Origin: Myxococcota bacterium | GTDB taxonomy: Bacteria; Myxococcota_A; SURF-8; G963663525 | DNA length: 64,000 bases | Assembly (NCBI GenBank): GCA_963676915.2 | Contig: CAXXVK010000073.1 | Location: forward strand, 8,560 to 72,559 | Reading direction: 5' to 3' | In this document: piece after piece, positions 9,806 through 18,530 of the stretch | How the letters are laid out: each line of letters opens with the position of its first letter | Position numbering within the stretch: the first letter of the stretch is position 1 | The notes under the pieces: model-generated | The model's database searches: none | What the model was told of the DNA's origin: nothing | Seen by the model: the letters and a program-made list of their open reading frames with translations, nothing else | Made by a program: the position numbers and the translations under genes

Positions 9806-10100
9806 CTAGTTGTTGAACGAAAGCACCATGCGCCACGGTTCCGGTCGTGGCTGTCACGTTTCCACGCACCTCGTACCAACCGAAATCTTCGATGTGGATC
9901 GCCGTGTCGTCCGTCTCGCAGGTTTCGAGCGTCATCCAGTTTTCGTTTTTCTGCCGTGCCTGCAACTCGACCGTCGCCGTATCGGAAATTCCGATCGTCA
10001 CGATGTAACGCCCATGTCTACGGCGATTGAGCTGAAACGCCTCACCGGAACCGGTTGTATCGACGTCGTCAAGCAGGATCACTTTGTGCGAATAGCTCAT
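9806..10100 (-). CDS. Small beta-rich virion protein (spike/decoration base-like), one frameshift
   Basis: MSYSHKVILLDDVDTTGSG...ATVELQAR...WYEVRGNVTATTGTV. Removing one G near 9833 gives RMVLSFNN-TAG, overlapping the next gene's GGAGG. Confidence 0.5.
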
Positions 10101-10226
10101 GAAGTGTCTCCATCATAAAAACGGTCCGTGCGCACCGGGGCCTGATCATTCCGCTGGACGTAAGCGCGGGTGCGCACGAACCGAAATGTTTGCCATTCCT
10201 CTTCACATTTTCCCATTTAGGAGAGA

Positions 10227-10245
10227 GGGGAGGACATACCTCCCC
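10227..10245 (-). terminator. Hairpin downstream of major capsid gene (possible weak terminator)
   Basis: GGGGAGG-N5-CCTCCCC followed by a pyrimidine run on the minus strand; no true U-tract. Confidence 0.35.
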
Positions 10246-10321
10246 CATGAGAAGAGAAACAAGAGAGAAGGAATTCACGAGCTTATTCAACACATGAATT
10301 CCCATGGAAGGTTGAGTCGGA

Positions 10322-11257
10322 TTATCCAACCGCCTTGGTCACGCCTTTCAGACGCGCCGCCGCTTTGGAATGCAGGATGATGATGCTCGCCGCCCATTCG
10401 ATGACGGTGAGGTATTTCATGTCGGACTGCAGGCCCATGTCGATCACGTCCATCATCTTGTTCTGCACGCCACAGAGGTATTCCTCCGCTCCGAAACGCA
10501 CGGCATAGATGGACCGGTGTCTTCGTCTTCTCCCTGCGTTTCGTCGAATCCCAGGATGGTATTGCCTTCGTGGTCTTCTTCGATCACACGGATAGGAACG
10601 CCGCCGTAGTGGCTGCATTCCCGGCCGAAAGCATCGGGACCGTAACAGATGCGGCTGTCGTTGCGCAGCAGTTTCGAAACCTCGCGACGCATGGCCTTGC
10701 TCATCAGCAACATGTCCGGTCCGCCGCTGACGGCATCGCAGAGGTCGTCGAGCATATCGGTGGTCAAGTCGGCGCCATCGGCATCCGACGCACCGCCCGC
10801 GTACAGAAGTTGCGACCCGGTCAGACGAGCATTGAGACCGTCGACTGACGGGAGTCTTCGCCGGAGTTGCCGTCGAAGAACATTTTCGTAAAGAAAAGTG
10901 CCGCCGCTTTGGCTTTGAGACGATCGTGTACAGCTCGGACGGCTCCAATGCCCAGGCCATCGGCACCTTGCCCACGCGATTCGGCCAACACCTTGTCCAC
11001 TTTCGATTTTCCACCGAAAATCTTCGTCGTCTCGACCAACTGTTGGAGCACACCGGTGGATTCGCTGTAATCTTCGTTGATTCCACGAAAAGCGATACCG
11101 GGAAGCGTGTCCTCACGGTTGTAGATGAAACTGCCGCCGGGAACGTCGATGAACGGCAGAGCTTCGAGAATGGAGAGTTGTAAGGGAACGTGACCACCAC
11201 GTTTCGTTTGACATGATCGTCGATCAGTTTCGAGGCTTCCAGTAAAGTCAGTGCCAT
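10322..11257 (-). CDS. Major capsid protein (HK97-fold type), three frameshifts
   Basis: Reconstructed MALTLLEASKL...ILEALPFIDVPGGSFIYNREDTLPGIAFRGINEDYSESTG...FDG...SIYAVRFG...HSKAAARLKGV from ORFs 10322..11257, 10821..11270 and 10453..10767. GGAGG RBS. Confidence 0.85.
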   Translation of the reverse strand: MALTLLEASKLIDDHVKRNVVVTFPYNSPFSKLCRSSTFPAAVSSTTVRTRFPVSLFVESTKITANPPVCSNSWSRRRRFSVENRKWTRCWPNRVGKVPMAWALEPSELYTIVSKPKRRHFSLRKCSSTATPAKTPVSRRSQCSSDRVATSVRGRCVGCRWRRLDHRYARRPLRCRQRRTGHVADEQGHASRGFETAAQRQPHLLRSRCFRPGMQPLRRRSYPCDRRRPRRQYHPGIRRNAGRRRRHRSIYAVRFGAEEYLCGVQNKMMDVIDMGLQSDMKYLTVIEWAASIIILHSKAAARLKGVTKAVG

Positions 11258-11260
11258 TGT

Positions 11261-11722
11261 TTACCTCCATGGCTTCGGGGTTTGATTCGCAGCGTAGGCA
11301 TAGGCCGCACGCCGCTGAATGGTTTGAGGATCGAGCGATAGCGCATCCAAATCCGCCGTGCGCCGCGCTTCCGTAGGAAAACGGGGCGGAGCATTGGGCG
11401 TTTGTCCGCGAAATCGCTTCAAAAGTTTTTTCGAATCTTCGGCGGCTTCGAGATCGTCGAGAAACCGCGCAGGGGTTGATGTATCACCGGGTTCGTTGTT
11501 TTTTCCGATCCAATCTTCGAACCGGCTTTTCAGGGTATCGATAGATATTGGCACGAGGTTTCTTCGCGCCATCGTTTCGAGAACCACACTCCACGACGCT
11601 GCAAAATTATTTTGAGAAGGTTTCCGGCTTGCGGTTTCTTCGTCGGGATTTTCACGAACCGGCGAATCGATCTCTTCCGACTCGGACGAACCGGCCTGTC
11701 CTTCCATAGTCTCCACTTTCAT
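11261..11722 (-). CDS. Putative capsid scaffold protein
   Basis: ~153 aa with an acidic low-complexity N-terminus, directly upstream of the capsid gene. Call is positional. Confidence 0.5.
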   Translation of the reverse strand: MKVETMEGQAGSSESEEIDSPVRENPDEETASRKPSQNNFAASWSVVLETMARRNLVPISIDTLKSRFEDWIGKNNEPGDTSTPARFLDDLEAAEDSKKLLKRFRGQTPNAPPRFPTEARRTADLDALSLDPQTIQRRAAYAYAANQTPKPWR

Positions 11723-11745
11723 AGCCACTCTTGATTTTGGGATTG

Positions 11746-11784
11746 AAAAAAAACGGGGCGACGATGGATATCGCCGCCCCGTTT
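11746..11784 (-). terminator. Intrinsic terminator between portal and scaffold genes
   Basis: Minus strand AAACGGGGCG-GCGATATCCATCGT-CGCCCCGTTT followed by further T's (8 T in total). Confidence 0.65.
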
Positions 11785-11914
11785 CGGGCTTGTTCGCGGT
11801 TTTTTGTTTCGGACGCAAAAGTGCTTGATCGATAGTTCAGCACATAATCACGAATCGTTCAACGCAACGATTCTCAACAATTGCGCCGAAAAGGAACAAG
11901 ACGTTCCGAAACGT

Positions 11915-13348
11915 TCACGATTCGTCCGTTTCGTTCTCGTTTTCCTTTTCCTCCAAGTCCTTGCGCGCCGTTTCCCGGTCCTGGCCATGATCCTCGGCGT
12001 AGAAAATCGTAGCGATCCGCCGTGCCGAGTTCGATTTCGATCCGCCGGTTCTCCAGCACTTCGTGCCGCGAAAGCGGAATTTCCGCCTCGGGAAAAACGG
12101 TTGCGGCTTCGAGATCCTGCAAAGCAACGAAATCCGTCGCAAAGGGATCGAACATTGCCGTAAGTTCGAACAGTCGCCGCACCACCTGCGTATCGGCCCT
12201 TTGCCAGATCGGTATCATATCCTGGCGGTATTCACTTCGCATTGCTTGTCGTGGAACTTCGCCACTCCGATTGTACCCTTGGCTCCAGGCTGAACGTGGA
12301 TGTGGAAAGGCCGTGGTTCTGCGCGAAAATTTTCAGGAAGAACTGCAAGTTCTCGTTGCGCTCACTTTCACGCGTTTGAACGGGAATCGGTTCGAGTCTT
12401 TTATTCTCGTCACCCAGACAGAAAATCGCGCCCGCTCCCCGTCGCCGGGTTGAGCTGCCCCAGTTCGGAGAGCGTCCCGTTGTAAACATACGCCGGAAAA
12501 TCGGCCTGTCGCGTATTGAGTGCCCCCCGCGTCAGTTCGTGATCGACCAGCGTGAAGCATGCAGATATTCGTGCGGAAACCGTCGGGAAACATTTCACTG
12601 CCCGGCAATGCCACTTTGGACACGGCAACAAACGGATACTGTGAAAACTCCGCTTCGTTGTAAGCGCGAATCCAATCCGGCTGATCCCGCATGGGCAGCG
12701 GTTCGAGTTTTCATCGCACAACGTAACCTGCACGACTCTCGCACCCTCCCCCGAAATTTTGTATTTCAGGTGACGCACCGGCGTACTCGCGCCCTGCCCT
12801 ACTCCGTCCGGTGCGCCTCCCAACGGCACGGCGATCCACCGCGCAGCCGCCAGATCCTGCGGGTTGTCCGGGTCCGGTTCGACGAGTAGATCGTGCGCAA
12901 ACACGCAGCGCACCCGCGCCTTTCCAGCAACGGGATCGGCCTGTACCCACAACACGATGCAGTTGAGCAACTCACACCAGCGGTTCGCCCATTTCATCGT
13001 CTCGTTGAGATTGGCCGCAGTAAGGTAACGCTCGACCAACGCCGTATTTCCGAATGACTCGCCGTTCTCGTAAAAGCGCCGCATCGGCTTTTTCTTGTAG
13101 ATCATCGCCTTGGTATCGACGATCCGCTTGACGACGTTGAGGCGTAACAGGTTTTCGCTCATCAAGGCGGCGTTGTTTGGATACAGCGTCTGAAGTCTAC
13201 GGCGCAAATCCAGAATGCTGTTTCCGGTATCCAGATAGCGGTCGATCAACTCCTCGGCAGCCGTCACCCAATCGCGACGTGACGCCCACTTGGTTTCGAT
13301 CAAGGCACGTGGCACGGCCTCGGTCGTGTTTCGGTTCCAGAACATCAA
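11915..13348 (-). CDS. Portal protein (SPP1-like), several frameshifts
   Basis: ATGA overlap with the terL stop. LNVVKRIVDTKAMIYKKKPMR, YPFVAV, FLKIFAQNHGLS...QSG and an acidic C-terminus ENENETDES, assembled from ORFs 12410..13348, 12333..12692, 12232..12489, 11874..12242 and 11915..12142. Confidence 0.75.
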
Positions 13349-14713
13349 AATCCTCCGTGAATGGTTACGGGATGGCGATGGCTTTGGGCCATACTGTCGG
13401 CAATGAAGTAGTCCAGTGCATCTCCGGGGTGATCGATTTCGAAACGTTTGTCCGACGGGTCGGCAATCTTCAACTTTCGCCAGGTTCCAGGATGCCAGCG
13501 CGTCAATTCCAGTGATTTAATCAACGCCTTGCAACGCGGATGCACGCGCAGCTTCGGCGCTCGTCCGATTTCCTGCAACGACAACCTGACGGCGGCGGTA
13601 CGCTCTTTGATCGGCGGGTTGGCGCGACCTCGTACGGGATGAATCGTCAATTGCGATACACCGCCCAGCCATCGACGAATGGTGTCGTAATCGCTTTCTA
13701 GCCCGCGATGACTCCGGCTGTAGCCCGATGCGTCTCCGTGCACCTCCACGGGACCGCTATGGCGAGCCACCGTAGGATTGGCCAGCACGGCACGGCAGAG
13801 GTCGTTGGTATCGCATCCACCGCGCAACACCACCTCATCGATCAGAGCCGTAACGCCTTGCGGCCATTGCTGAACAGCAGACAGAACATGAAATCACGTT
13901 GAAATCGAACGACAGATGCAGCGGTAGATCGTCCCGGTAAGACAGTTCCCGGTCGATGTGTTTTTCCCTGTCGAAACCGGCGTACACCCGTTTTCCCTGC
14001 ATCGAACCGGTTTTGCCTTCGATGTAGACCTCCCGGTTTCCTTCGTCGAGTTGATTTTCCAGCATGTTTACGACTCGGGTTGACGTTCCAGCAGAAACGA
14101 TTTTCCCGCGTGGACGCCTGTATGAAACGAATATTTTCGGGCGCTTCAGGATCTTGGAACACGTCGTACAGCCAACCGGGATCTTCCTCGGGATTGCCGG
14201 TCAAAAACAGCCGGTAGACCGGTTTCGGTTTACCGGAACGTCCCGGAATTTCGTAACGTAAACGGGACAACAGCACCATGAACAGCTTGTGCGAAATCTG
14301 CGACGCTTCCTCGACGTGAATCCAGTTGAATTCGCTCGACAGCAACCGCCCAGGATCGGACAAATGCCGAAAGCGGATCTCGGAACCGTTGGTCAGCCGC
14401 AGGTTGTCAGGATTTTTCGACCAGCTTTCGATCATTCTGCGCGGCGTCAGTTCTTCCCATTTTCCACGCGTCGTGTCGCGCAGCAGCGTGTAATCCCTTG
14501 CCCCAACCAATCCTCGACTGTTTGGAACGTATACGCCAGCATCAGGCCAAGCAATACACCCACCGTGGTCTTTCCCGCGCCGACACCGCCTTGGTAAAAG
14601 CAGATATCCGTGTCAACGTCGTGAGGAATCTCCACGAACTCCACCTGCTTTGGAAGCAGGTCGAACGACCTTTTTCGGATCTGCTCCTCGGATAAGCAGG
14701 CATTCGATTTCAT
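13345..14713 (-). CDS. terL: Terminase large subunit (PBSX-like), several frameshifts
   Basis: LLPKQ Q-motif, Walker A GGVGAGKT, Walker B WIHVEEASQ, motif III LTGNP, nuclease motifs SFDFN, HGDASG and DHPGDALDY, across ORFs 14447..14782, 13842..14510, 13835..14065 and 13345..13833. Confidence 0.9.
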
Positions 14714-15188
14714 CGCCTTTTCCTTGTTGTTTTGTCGAACCGGACGTTTTTGCACAGTGGCGCGACATGGCCGAGTCCGCAATGGCCCAGAGATTTTTCA
14801 GCGTTTTTTCGTCCAGCTTTTTTCTTCGCCGTTGGTGGCGTCTTCTTCCATGCGCCGAAGCAGGCGGTCCACGAGAGCAAGAACCCGATGGGAAAGCTCT
14901 CGCTGCAATGCGGGATCAGCAGGCAGAGAATCATCCGTACCGTCCTCGCCTCGTTGCTCGCAGATTTTTTTGTAAAGCCAGGCTCGTTTTTTCCACTCGA
15001 ATCGAGCGCCGTTTTTCGAAAGAAAAAATGCGAAACGCCCGTGTCTCCCCCGAACGTTCCCATGCCGTAGAAAGTACGAGATCCTGTACGATGATCTTTC
15101 GACGACAACGAAGCAGTCCGGGAGAGAGGTTTTCCTCTCCCGAAGCAAGCGCAAGCGGATGCGTCACCAACGCGAATCGTGGTTGCAT
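14613..15188 (-). CDS. Putative terminase small subunit, frameshifted
   Basis: AAGGA RBS and ATG 15188. Helical fragments WKKRAWLYKK...LSHRVLALVDRLLRRME...LDEKTLKNLWAIADSAM...ECLLIRGADPKKV, directly upstream of and overlapping terL. Boundaries uncertain. Confidence 0.5.
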
Positions 15189-15330
15189 GAAATAGCCATC
15201 CTTTTTGAAATGTATTTTATGCGTCCGACGATGATTTTTTCTTTGTCTGTTTTCGAACGCAATGGTGGATGGGTAAATCCTGCCCCAAAATCACCGTCGC
15301 GCTACAGACAAATACCGAAAGGTCACGTCA

Positions 15331-15370
15331 AGATCCGACGAAATCCGACAAAACGTGCCGAATCATACCG
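15331..15370. promoter_or_regulatory. 10-bp-period direct repeats upstream of the virion cluster
   Basis: agatccgacg / aaatccgaca / aaacgtgccg / aatcataccg; ATCCGAC is repeated exactly at 10-bp spacing. Confidence 0.35.
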
Positions 15371-15440
15371 TTTGTGACGGCATTCTGTTTCATGCCTTAT
15401 AAGGATTGGTTGTAAGTGCTTTTTTATCCGATCAGCAACG

Positions 15441-16631
15441 CTATCCGATGGTTTCGAGGTCGCGCATGGCGACGAGATCGGCGGTCCGCTCCAGTAAAGC
15501 GTCTACATCGTTTTCATCGAGATCGGCACGAAGCGACAACCTCAAGCGACACGATCCCGGCGGCACCGTCGGCGGTCGCAAAGCGCGAACGTAAAACCCC
15601 TCTCGCCGCAACAGGCTTTCCGCCTCCAAAGCTACGCGCTCGCTGCCCATCACGAGCGGAAAAATCTGGTCGCGGCAGGCACCGAGCCACCACCCCTGAT
15701 CCAGTAGCGCTTTCCGTAGTTTCACGTTCAAAGTACTCAGGCGTTCGCGGGCTTGCCGTCCCTCTTTGGTATCAAGCAATTGCAGCGCCGCCAAGCTTGT
15801 TGCCGCCACGGAAGGAGGCAGCGAAGTACTGAATATGAAACTTCGCGCACGATTGCGCAAAACATCGCAGGCCGCACGACTGGTCGCGGCGTACGCCCCG
15901 AAACTTCCAAGGGCTTTCGAAAACGTACCTACCAGCAAATCGATGTTTTCCAGGACGTCGTCCTCTTCGACGGTTCCCAAGCCACTGGCTCCCACGGCTC
16001 CGACACCGTGTGCATCGTCCACGACAACCACGGTATCGAACTGTTTCGCAAGTTCTATCTGCTGCGCCAACGGGGCACGGTCGCCGTCCACACTGAAAAG
16101 TCCGTCCGTGACGAAAAACCGCTGTCCCCGGCACGGCGTTGTGGAAATCCAGTAGAGCAATGCGTCAGGACTGGCATGGGGAACCACCACCTTTTTCGCC
16201 GGTGAAAGGCGACAGCCATCCACAATGCTGGCATGGCAAAAAGCGTCCGAGAAAATCACATCGTCGGCACCCGCCAGTGACGACAGAATACCCACGTTCG
16301 CCTGATAACCCGAGTTGAACAACAAGGCATCCTGCTTACCGAAACGCTGTGCAACTTCTCGTTCCAAAGCACGATGAGGCGGCAAATCCCCCGCGACAAG
16401 CCTAGCCGAACCCGAGCCCGTCCCCCAACGTTCTACGGCATCGTGAGCCGCTTTCTTCAGCGTCTCATGAGAAGAAAAGCCCAAGTAATCATTGCTGGAA
16501 AAATTGACGAGTATCCCTTCCGGCGTCTCGATCCGCGCCCCCTGGCCTGAGTCCAACGGAAACGTTTTACGCAGCAAGTGCTTTCGTTCGAGATCCTCAA
16601 GTCGTTGTTTCAATTGCCGATCGAAGGTCAT
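15441..16631 (-). CDS. bioF: 8-amino-7-oxononanoate synthase
   Basis: NFSSNDYLG, GTGSGSARLVAG, SGYQAN, HASIVDG, DDAHGVG, GTFSKALG (PLP Lys) and RPPTVP. Start reassigned to MTFDRQ. Confidence 0.92.
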   Translation of the reverse strand: MTFDRQLKQRLEDLERKHLLRKTFPLDSGQGARIETPEGILVNFSSNDYLGFSSHETLKKAAHDAVERWGTGSGSARLVAGDLPPHRALEREVAQRFGKQDALLFNSGYQANVGILSSLAGADDVIFSDAFCHASIVDGCRLSPAKKVVVPHASPDALLYWISTTPCRGQRFFVTDGLFSVDGDRAPLAQQIELAKQFDTVVVVDDAHGVGAVGASGLGTVEEDDVLENIDLLVGTFSKALGSFGAYAATSRAACDVLRNRARSFIFSTSLPPSVAATSLAALQLLDTKEGRQARERLSTLNVKLRKALLDQGWWLGACRDQIFPLVMGSERVALEAESLLRREGFYVRALRPPTVPPGSCRLRLSLRADLDENDVDALLERTADLVAMRDLETIG

Positions 16632-16635
16632 TGCG

Positions 16636-17353
16636 TCAATCCGCACCCAGATCACCGGCCAGAAGTTTACCAATGGTCTTGCCGACATCCGGCCTGCGCG
16701 GTTTTTCGGGCATCTGGAACGCTTCGAAAAGGCTGAAGACCTGGGCAGGGTCGGGTACGGCAGGTTCAGGAGGAACAAGGTCCACATCACCGGAAGCACT
16801 TGCTTCGTCTTCTTCCTCGATAAACTCTACATCCTCTTCGCCTAGCACCAGTTCAACCACCGTGCTTTGCTCGGCTTTTTGAGAATCCGAAATTTCCTCG
16901 GTAGGCTGCGACTCGCTGTTCTCATGAACGGGTTGCGGTGACTCCTCCATAGGCAAGGTTTCCTCGGAGGAAGGAAGCTCTTTAGGCTTGGAAGGAGCGC
17001 TTCGTTCGACAGGCTGGGGAGCCACGGGACGTTTGACTTTGCGTTTGACCCGCTTTTTTTTTCTTTTTCTTTTGGCCACCTACGCCATCAAGACCATCGT
17101 AACCGCCCGTGATCAGCTTTTGAATCATCAGGCGATGGGAACGCCGCATGATTTTTTTGACTTCCTCGTCCACCTGCTCGTCGCTTGTATTTCCATCTAG
17201 CAACTCGTCGTATTTTGTTTTTTCGGTCGCCAGAATCGTCCCGTCATCGAACAGATGGGAAATCACGTGGCCATAATTTTTCCCCGAATCTTCCGTTTGG
17301 ATATGGAAAATCCGCCCCAGGTGCTTGACGTTCGTGTTCAATCCTATATTCAT
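16636..17353 (-). CDS. Conserved hypothetical protein (HIQTEDSG motif) with acidic tail; frameshift in A-run
   Basis: MNIGLNTNVKHLGRIFHIQTEDSG...SHLF.GTILA. ORFs 16982..17353 and 16636..17079 join at an A8 run near 17055-17062. Confidence 0.6.
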
Positions 17354-17378
17354 GGTTCGATTTCTTTCATCGCCCCGA

Positions 17379-18438
17379 TCAGAGGTTCAAATCTTTTTCT
17401 TCCAGTCCGGTGATCCTGCTTTCGACAAATTGCCGGTCCACCACGATTTCCTGGCCTTGGAGTTCCGGTGCGTCGAACATGACTTCGTGCATGGTTTCTT
17501 CCATGATCGTTCGCAACCCACGCGCTCCCACGTCCCGTTTGACGGCATAATCTGCCATCGCTTTCAAGCCGTCGAGACGGAAATCCACCCGCACGTCATC
17601 GCAGGAAAGCAACTGGCTGTATTCCCTGACCAGACTATCCGGCGGCTCGACCAGAATGCGCACGAGATCCTCGGGCTTCAATTCATCGAGTTGCACGGCA
17701 ACCGGCAAACGCCCTAGCAACTCAGCAATCATACCGTATTCGAGAAGCTGCCGATGCCCGACGCCCCGGCGCACGGTTCGGGTTTTCTGCTTGTTTTCGA
17801 AGCCGATCGGCGGGTTTTCGTACTTCCGCACATCGGTGAACGTTCCCGCACAGATAAACAGAATGTTCGAAGTATCCACTTCCACGAAATCGTGTTTGTT
17901 CCAATGCTGGGTTACGTTGAGCGGCACGAAGACCCGGCGGCCTTCGAGCAATTTCAACAACCCTTGCTGAACGCCCTCGCCACCGATATCCCTGGCTCCC
18001 GCCCCGGTCCCGCATCCCGCCGCTACGACGAGCGATTTTGTCGATTTCGTCGATGAAAATGATACCGCGCTCGCATTCCTGAATATTCTGATTGCAGGCA
18101 TACAGCAGCTCGGCAATCATCACTTCCACATCTTTGCCGTAATACCCCGCTTCGGTGTATTCGGTAGCATCGACGACGGCAAACGGCAGATCCAAAGCCT
18201 GGGCCAGATTGCGCGCAATATGGGTTTTTCCGCAACCCGTCGGACCGATCAGCAGAATATTCGACTTTTTCAGAAGGCTGGCCTCGCTACGAGACAAGCC
18301 GATGCGTTTGAAATGGTTGTAAGCTCCCAGCGCCACGGTACGTTTGGCGCGTTCCTGCCCGATAACGTAGCGATCGAGGCGCTCGTAAATCTCTCGGGGA
18401 GTCATCGAAATCATATCTGTGCGTTCTTTTTGGTTCAT
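17379..18438 (-). CDS. clpX: ClpX-family ATPase lacking the N-terminal Zn-binding domain; one frameshift
   Basis: YVIGQERAK, KSNILLIGPTGCGKT, DATEYTEAGYYG, IFIDEIDKIAR, RDIGGEGVQQ, IGF loop and GARGLR. One extra G near 18010 splits the ORF. Confidence 0.9.
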
Positions 18439-18530
18439 CGAACGTCCAAGTCACCTTTCACAAAATGTCGTTGAAATCCTTCGTCGATCCACCCAGGCGA
18501 CAACCCGCCCGATGCTCGACGAAACCGGTC

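Noticed and set aside
10069-10329. 86-aa ORF after the capsid gene
   Set aside because: No motif, it overlaps both neighbours and spans a hairpin; probably an intergenic region.
7477-15188. Alternative genetic code or stop-codon readthrough as the cause of fragmented phage genes
   Set aside because: The fragments continue in different reading frames (indels), not across in-frame TAG/TGA codons.
15189-15440. attL/attR or tRNA integration site at the cluster boundary
   Set aside because: No tRNA-like sequence or recognisable att core; a partner repeat outside the window cannot be excluded.
17379-18438. clpX (and hxsB) as true pseudogenes
   Set aside because: Each has one single-base insertion with otherwise intact motifs, more consistent with sequencing error; this cannot be settled without reads.
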